Below the pieces are notes generated by a model. It was not told the DNA's origin, did no database searches, and saw only the letters and a list, made by a program, of their open reading frames with translations. This document shows, piece after piece, positions 1-11,600 of a DNA stretch of 40,000 nt; within the stretch, counting starts at the first letter, position 1, and every line of letters begins with the position of its first letter. Origin of the DNA: an uncultured Alphaproteobacteria bacterium (GTDB lineage Bacteria; Pseudomonadota; Alphaproteobacteria; ATCC43930; CGMCC-115725); NCBI GenBank assembly GCA_963842175.1, contig CAWJFM010000023.1, forward strand, positions 1,396,751-1,436,750, written 5' to 3'. The translations under genes and the position numbers were made by a program.

Positions 1-801
1 CCAGCCGCGCTGGCCGACCAGCACCAATAACGGCGCGCCGTCGCCCAACTCCGTCGCCAATCGGCGCCACAGGTTGAGCAGCAGCAGATGGTTCTTGCGC
101 GCTTCTATCGTGCTGATATAGACGAAATACGGCCGGTCGAACGGCGGAGCGCCGTCGCTCGCAGCTCCCGGAAGATCGACGCCGAAGGGCGCGACGAGCA
201 CCGGCGGGGCACGTCCGGCGCGCTCCAGGTGGGGCTGCAAAGCCTTTCGCGTTACCGCCGAATTGACGATCAGCGCATCGGCCTGTTGGGCCGCGGTTTC
301 AATCCGTTTGAGATGGTTTTCCGCCTGGCCGGGCTTGGCGTATTCGGGAAACTCGATCGGAATGAGGTCGTGGACCAGGCAGACAAAGCGCGCTTTGCTG
401 CGCTCTTTCAGCCGGGCGATAAGGCTGCGCTTTTCGAGGTGATGGTGAGACACCAACAGATAAACCGCCTGCGACCTGCCGCTGCGCAGCTGCGCCGTCA
501 GCGAACGCTCGCGGCTGGCAAGCAGCGCGATGCGAGCCTGGCGCGCGATCTGCCGGACCAGCCGGCTTTGGCGCACCGGGTCGAGGTCGCCGCGCCACGC
601 GGCACCGATCGCGGCGACAAATCGTGCGGCCGCCCCGCGCGGCAGCAATCCCAGCCCGCCGCTCGCGCTCATCGCCGTGAAGCAGGTCGAGGTGCCGTTC
701 GCGACGAGATGCTCGGCATAGGCCAATTCGACACGATCGATCCCGGTCGGCGTCACCCGCCCGGCGCGCGACAAGAGGCGTGACAGGTCGAGGGCAATCA
801 T
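1..801 (-). CDS. glycosyltransferase (GT-B, family 1/4-like); 3' end runs off the window
   Basis: Absent from the ORF track because there is no stop inside the window. My translation from the ATG (complement of 799-801) is in frame to base 1: MIALDLSRLLSRAGRVTPTGIDRVELAYAEHL...FVCLVHDLIPIEFPEY...ALIVNSAVTRKAL...FVYISTIEARKNHLLLLNLWRRL...LVLVGQRGW. This is the typical GT1 layout in EPS clusters. The + ORF 88-783 is its Arg-rich antisense shadow. Confidence 0.7.
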   Translation of the reverse strand, partial: MIALDLSRLLSRAGRVTPTGIDRVELAYAEHLVANGTSTCFTAMSASGGLGLLPRGAAARFVAAIGAAWRGDLDPVRQSRLVRQIARQARIALLASRERSLTAQLRSGRSQAVYLLVSHHHLEKRSLIARLKERSKARFVCLVHDLIPIEFPEYAKPGQAENHLKRIETAAQQADALIVNSAVTRKALQPHLERAGRAPPVLVAPFGVDLPGAASDGAPPFDRPYFVYISTIEARKNHLLLLNLWRRLATELGDGAPLLVLVGQRGW

Positions 802-814
802 GACGAGTGGCTGA

Positions 815-1969
815 TCAGGGTACGGCCTGCTTCACGACAACACCGGTAATGACCGGCCCCGTCAGCGTATTCAGCAAGGTGAAGAACTTCTGCAGTTCGT
901 TCAAGTCGGCATTGGCAACGTAGATGATGTCCTTGTCCTCCATCGGAAAGCGTTGCGCCAGGAAATAGGATTTGGCATCGCGCAGATCGAGCTGGTAGAC
1001 AACCGGCGTGGTGCCGTCGGGTCCGGTATTCAGCTGCGGTCGGCCGAGCGCATTGACGACTCTCGGCGGCTCGAACCGGAACAGGAACACCCCTGCCGGA
1101 TCAGACCGCAAGTCCTGCAGCCCGCCGGCCTTGGCCAGCGCTTCGACGAGCGTCATCTTCTCCGAGGTGAACGGGATCTGCGCGTTCGCTCCGGTCGCCC
1201 CGAACGCGGTGAAGGACTGCGGCAGGCGGACCAGCGTCAGGACGTCTCCCGGCTGGGCGTAGATATTCTCGGCGGGGTCCGCGACCAGCGCTTCCATCGG
1301 AATGGTCGCTGTCACGCCGTCGCGCGACAGCCGCACGAAGGTTTCGTACACCGGGGCTTTTGAACCGCCGACCGCGGCGATCAGGTCGAGCAGCCGATCG
1401 CCTTTCAGCGTCAACGGCACCCGTGCGCCGTTGACGACCTCGCCGGTGACCGTCACGCTGTTGCTCAGGCTCCTGGTCACCGTCACGATGACCTGCGGCT
1501 CTATCGCTTTTTCGGCAAGGCGCTGCTCGATTGTCCGCTGCACCTCGACGGGCAGACGCCCGGCGACCGGAACGCGGTCGGCGAATGGGACGCTGATGCC
1601 ACCATCGCCGCCGACGACCTGTTCCGGAATGGTGACGCTGCGCGAGCCCGCCGACACGTGGTCGGTCGGCGACGAGCTGAACAGCCCGCCCCCCGCGGCT
1701 TCCCAGATCGAGACAACGACAGAGTCGCCGATACCGATCTTTGGTTGTGGCGGTTTGCCGTATTTTTTGAAGCGCGCGTGGAAGCTTTCGCGCGGTTCGG
1801 CGAGCAGGGCCGAAACCACGTTATCGTCAATGTCGACCAGATCAAAACGGGTCTGGTTGTTCTCGACCTCTTGGCCCCTGACCTCGCTCGCGGTCGGCCC
1901 TGCGGTCGGCAGGGCCGAGCAGCCGGCCACGAGGCTGGCGAGCAAGCTCATAACGGCGACTGCCTTCAT
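815..1969 (-). CDS. polysaccharide export outer-membrane lipoprotein (Wza/GumB/ExoF-like, Poly_export + SLBB)
   Basis: ORF 815-2113 trimmed to the internal ATG at 1969, which gives the signal/lipobox MKAVAVMSLLASLVAGC. Family-typical IGIGDSVVVSIWE and PGDVLTLV segments. Adjacent to a glycosyltransferase. Confidence 0.8.
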   Translation of the reverse strand: MKAVAVMSLLASLVAGCSALPTAGPTASEVRGQEVENNQTRFDLVDIDDNVVSALLAEPRESFHARFKKYGKPPQPKIGIGDSVVVSIWEAAGGGLFSSSPTDHVSAGSRSVTIPEQVVGGDGGISVPFADRVPVAGRLPVEVQRTIEQRLAEKAIEPQVIVTVTRSLSNSVTVTGEVVNGARVPLTLKGDRLLDLIAAVGGSKAPVYETFVRLSRDGVTATIPMEALVADPAENIYAQPGDVLTLVRLPQSFTAFGATGANAQIPFTSEKMTLVEALAKAGGLQDLRSDPAGVFLFRFEPPRVVNALGRPQLNTGPDGTTPVVYQLDLRDAKSYFLAQRFPMEDKDIIYVANADLNELQKFFTLLNTLTGPVITGVVVKQAVP

Positions 1970-2180
1970 CGCCCCCGACTCTGGTCGCGCGAGTTTGAGG
2001 ATGACCCCTCTGACCCGATCGCCGCGGCGGCATTTGTCACGAGAGAATGCCTGACCGACCGCCGCGGCCGGTCTGGAGTTTCGCTCGCGATAGTGAAGAT
2101 CCGCCCGCTGCACAAGCCCGGACGCGGCCGCGCTCAGCCGTTCCCAACCGGCAATACCCTGCCGGGTCGCTCGCGGCTAG

Positions 2181-2642
2181 TCAAACCACTTGTACCGCCG
2201 TCGCAATCATGCGCGCGGCATAGACCCCCATCCAGCCGATCGGATCCAGCCACCCCTTCTCGTTGCGCGGCGGCTGGATCGCGCGGATATGGGCATCGGT
2301 TATCTCGGAGAGGTCGTTGAGCAGCTGCGGCGGGTCTCCCTCGGTCGACCAGAAGAAGCGGGTGATCCCGTCGGCCTCGTGCTTTGCGATGAGGCAGTTC
2401 GGCGCTCCGCCGGCGCGGTTGTAGAGACCGACCGCCGAGTAGCCTTCTTGGTGGCTGACGATCATCACCCCTTCGGTTCCGGGAAAGGCATATTTCATCG
2501 CCGAGAACCAGCGGCACAGAGCGGCCAGCTCCTTCTCGGTGAATTCATAATCGCCCGGTCCCGCACTAAATCCGCCCGTCGCCGCCGTCTCGCACCTTCG
2601 AACCATCAGCGGAAAGGGTATGACATTCGTCGTCTCAGACAC
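2181..2642 (-). CDS. hypothetical protein
   Basis: 153-aa ORF with ordinary amino-acid composition, unlike the overlapping Arg/Pro-rich frames. GTG start at 2642; alternative ATG at 2606. No family recognised. Confidence 0.5.
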   Translation of the reverse strand: MSETTNVIPFPLMVRRCETAATGGFSAGPGDYEFTEKELAALCRWFSAMKYAFPGTEGVMIVSHQEGYSAVGLYNRAGGAPNCLIAKHEADGITRFFWSTEGDPPQLLNDLSEITDAHIRAIQPPRNEKGWLDPIGWMGVYAARMIATAVQVV

Positions 2643-2948
2643 TTTGCCCCCAATTCAAACCCCGGGCGAGGCGCGCGTGGTCCCCACGTCGCACGCTCTC
2701 GGCCGACACCAGCCGCTCCACCCCGCCTCCGGAAAGAGACCCGAACCAAGTGTGTAGTTGCCAACTACTTTCGGATTTTCGGATCGATACGGTTCCGGTG
2801 CCGGGCGCGCCTCGAAGAATACAATCGAGCGTCTGATTCGGAGTCAATTGAGCCCGGGCTAAATGCCGGTTTTTCGCGCCAATTGTGGTTTTTCGGCAAC
2901 AGTGGCAAAAAGGTGACAAGATGTGAAACCGTTGGTTTGGTTTACCCG

Positions 2949-3548
2949 CTAACGTGGCGGGTCCGGCGCCGGAGCGACCGGTTCGACGGCTACGGTCACG
3001 ATGCCGGCACGCTTCATGTCAAGCACCTCCGCCACCTTCGGCGAGACATCGATCAACAGCGAATGGCTGACCGGGCCCCGATCGTTAATCCGGGCGACCA
3101 CCGAATGGCCGTTGCTCAAATTCGTCACCCGCACCAGCGAATGCAGCGGCAACGAGCGGTGCGCGGCGGTCGCGTGAACCGCGTCGAGCCGCTCGCCGTC
3201 CGCCGTCCGCCGTCCGAGATGGCGGCCGCCATACCAGGCGGCGGCACCTATTTCGCGCCGGCCGATCACCTGCAGCGGGCCGATATACTCGTCGGGCGGC
3301 GGAAGCCGCGCGGCCTGCCGCCGCCCAGGCAAGGCGTGCCGCGGCAGCGAGCGCGCGACCACCTTGTTATGCACCTGGTGCTGCCTGCCGGTGCGTTTGC
3401 CGGCCGCCGTGTTGGCCTTGACCGACTTTGATTTGATGCTTGGCACCGGATGGTCCCGGCGCGCATCGGCTTCTTTGGCCATGGCGGTCGCCGACACAAA
3501 CAGCAGCGCGAGAGACAGCCCGATGGTCCGTCGCATCCTCATCCGCAT
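2949..3548 (-). CDS. rlpA: RlpA-family septal-ring lytic transglycosylase (DPBB domain)
   Basis: GAAAWYGGRHLGRRTADGERLDAVHATAAHRSLPLHSLVRVTNLSNGHSVVARINDRGP matches the RlpA double-psi beta-barrel signature. Signal peptide MRMRMRRTIGLSLALLFVSATAMA from the ATG at 3548. Confidence 0.75.
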   Translation of the reverse strand: MRMRMRRTIGLSLALLFVSATAMAKEADARRDHPVPSIKSKSVKANTAAGKRTGRQHQVHNKVVARSLPRHALPGRRQAARLPPPDEYIGPLQVIGRREIGAAAWYGGRHLGRRTADGERLDAVHATAAHRSLPLHSLVRVTNLSNGHSVVARINDRGPVSHSLLIDVSPKVAEVLDMKRAGIVTVAVEPVAPAPDPPR

Positions 3549-4130
3549 ACGTCTCCATGTGGTGGGCAGGATTTGGCCGGGCGCGGTGAGCACCCAGGAT
3601 GCGCCGTCTCTCGCGGACGGAGGGGCGATTGCGGGTTGGATTGCCGTCCCGGATCATTGACAGGGGGGCGTCCGGGTGGGACAGGGGAAGCGCAGTGCAA
3701 TCCTAGTCAGCTACTCGCTGGCGTGTCAACCTGTACGCGCATGAAATGCCGTGCCAGGCCCAAGTCAGGCGGTGACCTTTCGGTGTCATGCGCGATTCAA
3801 CAGTTCGCGAATTTGGAAAATAATAATGCTGGCTTATTCTTTGTTCGGGAGTAGACGATCAAATCGTCTATCAATTCTCAAAGTTCTACAACAGGAAATC
3901 GGGGAAGCCAGCGATCGGTCTAACAATTTGTTGCGCGCCGGATCGATTTGAGTGGCATATCTTGGGGTTTGCACCGGGAAACCCGAGCGGCGCGGCCGCG
4001 CGCGCAATGCGAGCTCCGCCAGCTGGGGAGGCTTTACCCCTGGTGTCGAGAGATGCTTTTGCGCGATAACGAACAAAGTCGCGACCGCGCGGCATCGGTT
4101 TGGCAGTATCGGATTGGCAGGGGACTGGCA

Positions 4131-4829
4131 ATGGCAACACGCGAACGCGCATTGATCGTCGGGGCGGGGGCGGGTTTGAGCGCGGCGCTCGCCCGGCGCT
4201 GCGCCGGCGAGGGCATGGATGTGGTGCTGGCGGCGCGCGACACGCAGAAGCTCGGCGCGCTCGCGCGCGAAACCAAGGCCGCCGTGGTTGCCTGCGATGC
4301 GAGCCGCGCGGACGAGGTCGAGAAGCTGTTCGCCGCGGTCGATGCCGGCGGGGACCGGCTCGATCTCGTCGTCTACAATGCGAGCGGGCGGGCGCGCGGG
4401 CCGGTCCACGAACTCGATCCGGCGGCGGTCGAGAGCGCCATCAAGGTGACCGCCTTTGGCGGTTTTCTCGTCGCCCGGCAGGCGGCAACGCGGATGCTGC
4501 GCCACGGCCATGGCACGATCCTCTTCACCGGCGCCAGCGCCAGCGTCAAGGGCTATCCCCGCTCCTCCTCGTTCGCGATGGGGAAGTTCGCCCTGCGCGG
4601 CCTCGCGCAGAGTCTCGCGCGCGAGTTGCAGCCGCACAACATCCATGTCGGCCATATCGTCATCGACGGCGGCATCGCGAAGGCGGGCGACCCGCGCGCC
4701 AACGAGCGCGGCCCCGACGGGCTGCTCCTCCCCGAGGCGATCGCCGAGACCTACCTGCAGCTGCACCGCCAGCAGCGCAGCGCCTGGGCGTGGGAGATCG
4801 AGCTGCGCCCCTGGGTCGAGACTTTCTGA
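4131..4829 (+). CDS. short-chain dehydrogenase/reductase (SDR) family oxidoreductase
   Basis: ORF 3948-4829 trimmed to the ATG at 4131. ALIVGAGAGLSAALARR is a Rossmann GxxxGxG-type motif. YNASG, then SSFAMGKFALRGL (YxxxK-like region). Confidence 0.8.
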   Translation: MATRERALIVGAGAGLSAALARRCAGEGMDVVLAARDTQKLGALARETKAAVVACDASRADEVEKLFAAVDAGGDRLDLVVYNASGRARGPVHELDPAAVESAIKVTAFGGFLVARQAATRMLRHGHGTILFTGASASVKGYPRSSSFAMGKFALRGLAQSLARELQPHNIHVGHIVIDGGIAKAGDPRANERGPDGLLLPEAIAETYLQLHRQQRSAWAWEIELRPWVETF

Positions 4830-4903
4830 GCAAGTGGATGGCGAGCTTGGGCTGATCGATGCCCGATCACGTCAGCGGCGATTTGCTAGTGGCGAACCGG
4901 CAC

Positions 4904-5134
4904 TTATTCCGGAGTCGGCGTGATGCGGACGACTTGACCGCCGGCGCGCGCAACATCGCGTTTGGCTGACTCCACCGCCTGATCGAAGGAAGGCGCCTCC
5001 CGCGCAAAATCCAAATACACCACGTCGTCAACAACCGCGATCAGCGCGTCGTCGCAGCCCGCCCCATGCAAGAGGTCTTCATAATCCCGGTTCAGATCGA
5101 TCCCCGAAACTTGGATCGTGAACAGGTAGCTCAT
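4904..5134 (-). CDS. hypothetical small protein
   Basis: ORF 4904-5158. The likely start MSYLFTIQVSG at 5134 forms an ATGA overlap with a shifted frame of the upstream ORF. No family recognised. Confidence 0.4.
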   Translation of the reverse strand: MSYLFTIQVSGIDLNRDYEDLLHGAGCDDALIAVVDDVVYLDFAREAPSFDQAVESAKRDVARAGGQVVRITPTPE

Positions 5135-5384
5135 GGACCGCTCCTCTTGTGAGGGCAACGTTCACTCGACGGACGATGCTGCGGGCATGGTTGCGAGGGT
5201 CGCGCGGCGTCGAGTACACCGACAGCTTGCAATCCCCAGGCTGCCCGCCGGGACAGAATAGCCGCCCCCAGGCGTGGGCACTGTTCCCGGGCGCGACATA
5301 GCGCCATTGCATGGACTCGGCGAAGCTCACGGCAGCCTCAATGTCCTTGTCCGGGTGAACCGGCCGCGCCATCCTTGCCGCCAA
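5079..5384 (-). CDS. hypothetical protein; 3' end uncertain
   Basis: ORF 5079-5384 (MARPVHPDKDIEAAVSFAESMQWRYVAPGNSAHAWGRLFC...). A 1-nt shift near 5140 would end it on a TGA overlapping the next ATG, so the tail may be frame-shifted. Confidence 0.35.
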   Translation of the reverse strand: MAARMARPVHPDKDIEAAVSFAESMQWRYVAPGNSAHAWGRLFCPGGQPGDCKLSVYSTPRDPRNHARSIVRRVNVALTRGAVHELPVHDPSFGDRSEPGL

Positions 5385-5495
5385 CCGTTAAGAATCAACG
5401 CGGTCTGTGGACTTCTGTTCCGGTCAGGGAACCTGCGCCTCGGGATTCTAGCGGTCAAGCAGTTAAAACTGGGGCGCTAGTCGGCCGAGCCCACG

Positions 5496-5524
5496 TTGAC
5501 TTTGCGGGCTGCGCTTGTTATATG
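5496..5524 (+). promoter_or_regulatory. candidate sigma70-type promoter upstream of leuA
   Basis: TTGACT (5496-5501), a 17-nt spacer, then TATATG (5519-5524), about 290 nt upstream of the leuA ATG. Confidence 0.35.
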
Positions 5525-5607
5525 CACAGACCATGACCAAAGCGCGTGGCGAGCTGCGACTTACCAAGGCGACGTCCTGAAGGGCGTCGTCCTCCGCTCG
5601 TTCACTC

Positions 5608-5628
5608 GTCCCCTCGGGGACCCATTTT
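5608..5628 (+). terminator. hairpin plus short T-run in the leuA leader (possible attenuator or sRNA 3' end)
   Basis: GTCCCC-TC-GGGGAC (5608-5621) followed by CCATTTTG. Lies between the candidate promoter and the leuA start. Confidence 0.3.
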
Positions 5629-5709
5629 GCGCTTGGTGAGTTTCATGGCTTCGATGGTTCGAATTTACCGCTGCGTCGCGTTGCGAGCGGCTTGCCCGCG
5701 GCGACTTAG

Positions 5710-7557
<1,848 letters not shown>

Positions 7558-7613
7558 TAAGCTGATCTGCCGGCGTCGCTGAGCCGGCAACGCACGGCAA
7601 TCGAGGGACGGCC

Positions 7614-8774
7614 GTGGACTCGACCGAATCCACCCCCGGCGGCGCGAGCGAACCGCGCGAGCCGAGCAATCCGTCGCCGCTTCCCGACGCTCCCGAAGCA
7701 TCGCCCGGAAGCGTGGGAACCCTGCCCGCAGGCGGGACCGATCCCGGTGCGGCCGCGTCGGATGAGCAAGCGCCGGAAGCCCGCGCGCATGACAGCGCGC
7801 CGCGGCGGCGGCGCCGGCGACGCCGGCGCAAGCCGATCGAGGCGACGGTTTCCGGCGAGACCGCCGCTGGTCCGGCACAGCCTGAAGCAAGCGCGCCGCC
7901 GGCGCCCGCCGGCGACGGCGAGGCCGGCGCCGAAGCCCGCCCGGAGGATGCGGCGGCGCCGCGGCCGATCCTGCGGCTGCGCAATCGTCGACGCCGCCAT
8001 CGTCGGCCGCATGTCGCGGCCCCTTCGCCAAGCACCGACGGCACGCCGGACAGCGCCGCAGAGCCGCTCGCAAGCGACAGCGCGACGCCGGCCGCCGCGA
8101 GCGCTGGTACACCCCCTGAGGGGGTAGTTCCGGGCAGCCGCGGCTTGCGTCCGCGCCGCCGGCGACGGGCCGTGCCGCTGGCCGGATCTCGACCGATGCA
8201 GACGCCGGGCGAACCCGCGGTAAGCCAGAGTCACGAAGCGCCGGGCGCCGGGCCCGGCAGCCGGCCGACGCGGTCTCGCAACCGCCGCCGGCGACATGCA
8301 ACGCCACCGGGTGCGGCGGCCGGGGATACCGGCGAGCGCCGCCCGCGCGAAGCGGGCATGCCCGATCGGACGGGCTCGAGCTCGGCTCCGCACAACCGCC
8401 GCAGTGAAGGGCCGCGCTCCGATCGACGCGATGGGCGGCACGACCGGCCGCCGGGACGCGGTCGCGACGCGGCGCCGCGACGCGTCGAGCGCAGCCTCTA
8501 TTCGTTCGACTCGGTCGTCGATCGCGGCTTCGACGATGTCGAGGAGGAGGCCGGGACCCGCCGGGTTCATTGGACGATCGTCAAACGCACCACCGCCGAC
8601 CAAGTGAGCCGCAAGCCGATCTCGGCCCTCTATGTGCTGCAGCGCGACGGGCTCGACAGCGAGTTTCCCAATCTCGGCGCCGCCCGCAACGCGGTGAACA
8701 AGACCATCGTCCATCCGGAAAAGCTGACCCGCTCGAAGGCCGAATACGCCGCCGAGAAGAACGAGAAGAGATAG
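7614..8774 (+). CDS. conserved hypothetical protein: long Arg/Pro/Ala-rich disordered N-terminus and a folded C-terminal ~90 aa
   Basis: GTG start at 7614. N-terminal ~290 aa is low complexity with runs such as RRRRRRRRK and RNRRRRH. The C-terminus RVHWTIVKRTTADQVSRKPISALYVLQRDGLDSEFPNLGAARNAVNKTIVHPEKLTRSKAEYAAEKNEK looks like a real domain. Its stop abuts the nudC ATG. Confidence 0.6.
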   Translation: MDSTESTPGGASEPREPSNPSPLPDAPEASPGSVGTLPAGGTDPGAAASDEQAPEARAHDSAPRRRRRRRRRKPIEATVSGETAAGPAQPEASAPPAPAGDGEAGAEARPEDAAAPRPILRLRNRRRRHRRPHVAAPSPSTDGTPDSAAEPLASDSATPAAASAGTPPEGVVPGSRGLRPRRRRRAVPLAGSRPMQTPGEPAVSQSHEAPGAGPGSRPTRSRNRRRRHATPPGAAAGDTGERRPREAGMPDRTGSSSAPHNRRSEGPRSDRRDGRHDRPPGRGRDAAPRRVERSLYSFDSVVDRGFDDVEEEAGTRRVHWTIVKRTTADQVSRKPISALYVLQRDGLDSEFPNLGAARNAVNKTIVHPEKLTRSKAEYAAEKNEKR

Positions 8775-9705
8775 ATGGAAGAAATCTACTGCTTTGCCGG
8801 CAACCCGCTCGACCGCGCCAGCGAGCGCCGCCGCGACACCGCCTGGATCCGCTCGCTGCTCGACGATCCGGCGGCGCGCATCCTGCCGTTGCGCGACCTG
8901 CGTCCGTTGACCCGCGGTTCCGAGTCGCCGGTCCTCGATTGGCAGCCGGTCGCGCCCTGGCGCGATCTGATCGAGCGCGGCGCGACGCTGGTCTTTCTCG
9001 GTCTCGACGACGAGCGCCCGTACTTCGCGGTCGATGCCAGCGGCGCCGACAGCGCGCTGTTCCGACGACGGGCGAGCCGTTCGATGCCCGCACCCTCGCG
9101 CCGCTGCTGCCCACAGGCGAGGCGGCGATCCTCGGCGGAGGCGCGCTCGCTGGTCGATTGGCACGCCCGCCACCGCTTTTGCGCGCAGTGCGGCTCGCCG
9201 ACCCGGGTCGCATCGGCCGGCTGGGTGCGGCGCTGCCCCGAATGCAAGGCCTCGCATTACCCGCGCTCCGACCCGGTGACGATCATGCTCGCCGTCCGCG
9301 GCGAGCGCGCCCTCCTCGGCCGCAACCGCCGCCGCCCGGGCAACCGCTTCTCGTGCCTCGCCGGGTTCATGGAGCCGGGCGAGACCCTCGAAGAATGCGT
9401 CCGGCGCGAAGTCCACGAGGAATCGGGGGTGCGGGTCGGGCGGGTGCGCTATCTCGCCTGCCAGCCCTGGCCGTTTCCGTCGAGCCTGATGATGGGATTT
9501 TTGTGCGAGGGTTTGACCGAGGAGATCACCGTCGATCCCGAGGAGCTGGCCGAGGCGCGCTGGTTCGACGCGCGAGGAGATCCGCGCCATGGTCGCGCGC
9601 GCCGCGACGGGTCCCGACGACCCGACCCAGATCTCGGTGCCGGGGCCGGTGGCGATCGCGCATCAGCTCTGCCGGCGCTGGTCCTACGGGCTCGACGACG
9701 TATAA
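8775..9705 (+). CDS. nudC: NADH pyrophosphatase (NUDIX hydrolase with zinc ribbon); three frame breaks
   Basis: CAQCGSPTRVASAGWVRRCPECKASHYPRSDP (zinc ribbon) and GFMEPGETLEECVRREVHEESGV (Nudix box). The frame leaves at about 9060 and returns at about 9135; GEPFDARTLAPLLPTGEAAILGG is in another frame. A third shift near 9570 yields EEIRAMVARAATGPDD...RRWSYGLDDV and a stop at 9703-9705. Confidence 0.85.
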
Positions 9706-9714
9706 GCCCGGCGG

Positions 9715-10558
9715 ATGGCGGAGGGGGAACGGGTCGCCCTCGTTACCGGCGCGAGCGCCGGGATCGGGCTCTACACCGCGCTAGGGCTGATCCGCGCCGG
9801 GTTCCGGGTGGTGATGACGGGCCGCGACGGCGCGCGCCTCGAGCGGGCCCGCCGGATGGTGGCCGAGCGCTCGGGCGCGACCTCGGTCGAAGCGGAACTT
9901 GCCGATTTCGCCAGCCTCGCCGCGGTGCGCCGCCTCGCCGAGCAGGTCCTCGCGACGCACGGCCGGCTCGATCTCCTCGTCAACAATGCCGGGCTGATCT
10001 CACCGCGGTTTCAGCTGTCGGCGGACGGTTACGAGCTGACCTTTGCGGTCAACCACCTGGCGCCGTTCCTGTTGACCAATCTCTTGCTCGACCGGCTGCG
10101 CGCCTCGGCGCCCGCGCGGATCGTGACGGTCGCCTCGCAGGCGCATCGCGGCGCGCGGCTCGATCTCGCGGCACTCGCGGGACGCGAGGATTGGAGCCCG
10201 CTCAAGGCCTATGGCCGCTCCAAGCTGTGCAACATCCTGTTCACCCGCGCCTTGGCGCGGCGGCTCGAAGGCAGCGGGGTGGTCGCGGCGTGCCTCCACC
10301 CCGGGGTTGTCGCGACCGCGATCGGCGACCGCGCGCGGCGGCATCGCCGGGTTCGGCTGGCGCCTCGTCAAGCCGTTTCTGGTGACGCCGGAGAAGGGCG
10401 CCGCGACCTCGCTGTTCCTGGCAACGACCCCCGACCCGGCGCCGTTCCACGGCGCCTACGTGATCGGCAAACGGATCGCCGAGCCCGACCCGACCGCGCT
10501 CGACGACGAACTGGGCGAAAGGCTGTGGGCCGAAAGCACTCGGCTGGTTGGGCTGTAG
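9715..10558 (+). CDS. SDR family oxidoreductase (retinol-dehydrogenase-like); one frame break near 10330
   Basis: VALVTGASAGIGLYTA, LVNNAG and YGRSKLCNILFTRALARRL (YxxxK). After HPGVVATAIGDR the sequence continues in ORF 10211-10558 as GGIAGFGWRLVKPFLVTPEKGAATSLFLATTP...ESTRLVGL. Confidence 0.8.
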
Positions 10559-10886
10559 CGGCGGATGCATCAATACCTTCCCCGCCGTTAGGCGTAGGAA
10601 GTCTCGGGGCGTCCGGCACAGCAGGACGGAACAGGCCCCAACATCCGCCTTCGGCTCCACGACGCATCACTAACGCGGGTGGTGCGCTCCATCAATGACC
10701 GGGGGTCAGTTCAATCTGTGGGAAGTTGCGCCCAAGAAAGACGGATCAGCGTTGAGGCCGCTTTTTTGCCGGTGCTTTCTTGCGGGCGCCGGAGCCAACT
10801 GGTTCCTGGCTGCCCGCGAGATTTGAGCCAATTGCGCCCCTGGTAGCGGCGAAGGCGTGCGGCGGCGGCTTATTCGCCGAGCGCCA

Positions 10887-11186
10887 CTACCATCGATGCT
10901 TTTGTGCAAGCTGGTGATATTCGCGGCCCATTACGCCAGTCATAGCTGCGTTCGCATCCACCCCTGTGTATTGAGCGGCCATGACCAACGGGTCTTCGTG
11001 GAGCAGCGCTGCCGGTTTATCGTATTCTCTCACCAAATCGCGGAACCAATCACGAAAGGATTGTTGTACATCGTAGGGCCGATGGAAGACATGCTCAATT
11101 ATCAGGACAGCGCGGTCACAGAACTCCTCAAGTGCTCTTTTCACTTCCTGCTCAGATGCCGGATCAAAATAATACAGATCGGTCAT
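10887..11186 (-). CDS. hypothetical protein (lower-GC accessory gene)
   Basis: 99-aa ORF with balanced composition in a region of visibly lower GC. No family recognised. Confidence 0.45.
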   Translation of the reverse strand: MTDLYYFDPASEQEVKRALEEFCDRAVLIIEHVFHRPYDVQQSFRDWFRDLVREYDKPAALLHEDPLVMAAQYTGVDANAAMTGVMGREYHQLAQKHRW

Positions 11187-11252
11187 ATCGTCGGCCTCCC
11201 GCGCAACGTGACGCGTGCCTGACCCAAGCTCGCTATAGCATACGGAGTATTC

Positions 11253-11276
11253 TCGGTATTCGGGCGCAGATGGGAT
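11253..11276. repeat. left arm of a 24-bp perfect inverted repeat
   Basis: CTCGGTATTCGGGCGCAGATGGGA is the exact reverse complement of 12128-12151. Weaker similarity extends about 9 nt outward. Confidence 0.9.
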
Positions 11277-11279
11277 CAG

Positions 11280-11561
11280 TCACTTGCCCCTGCAGTAAGG
11301 GACTCCCACCCACAGCACGACTAACTCTATACCATTACGCCGTGAGTTGCATTGAGTAAGTAGCGTCGAGCCGAGGCGATATAGGGCAGCTACTGCGGCG
11401 GCCGCCGCAGTAGCTGGGAAAGCAGCGGGAATCAAGGCGGATACCGCCGCTACGACACCGCTCATCGCGGACCCCGTATTCAGGAGCGTCGCGATTTGCA
11501 TTATTTCAGGATCATCAAACTCAATTGTGGCGCCAAACCACGTGAGCTGCGCGGTCGCCAT
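11280..11561 (-). CDS. hypothetical protein
   Basis: 93-aa ORF inside the inverted-repeat-bracketed segment, with an Ala-rich hydrophobic middle (VVAAVSALIPAAFPATAAAAAVAAL). No family recognised. Confidence 0.4.
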   Translation of the reverse strand: MATAQLTWFGATIEFDDPEIMQIATLLNTGSAMSGVVAAVSALIPAAFPATAAAAAVAALYRLGSTLLTQCNSRRNGIELVVLWVGVPYCRGK

Positions 11562-11600
11562 CCGTCTCCCCCCGACGCCGACCCCTTTTGAAGAGGCAGG

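Noticed and set aside
88-2320. Several + strand ORFs (88-783, 1302-2054, 1658-2320)
   Set aside because: They are antisense to the glycosyltransferase and Wza-like genes and have Arg/Pro/Ser-rich junk composition.
5532-5579. Leucine leader peptide controlling leuA by attenuation
   Set aside because: The mini-ORF has only two Leu codons and no Leu run, so it does not support a classical leader-peptide mechanism.
5636-5665. tRNA-like T-loop (GGTTCGAAT) upstream of leuA
   Set aside because: The flanking bases (GATGG / TTACC) do not pair as a T-stem, and no acceptor or anticodon arms can be drawn.
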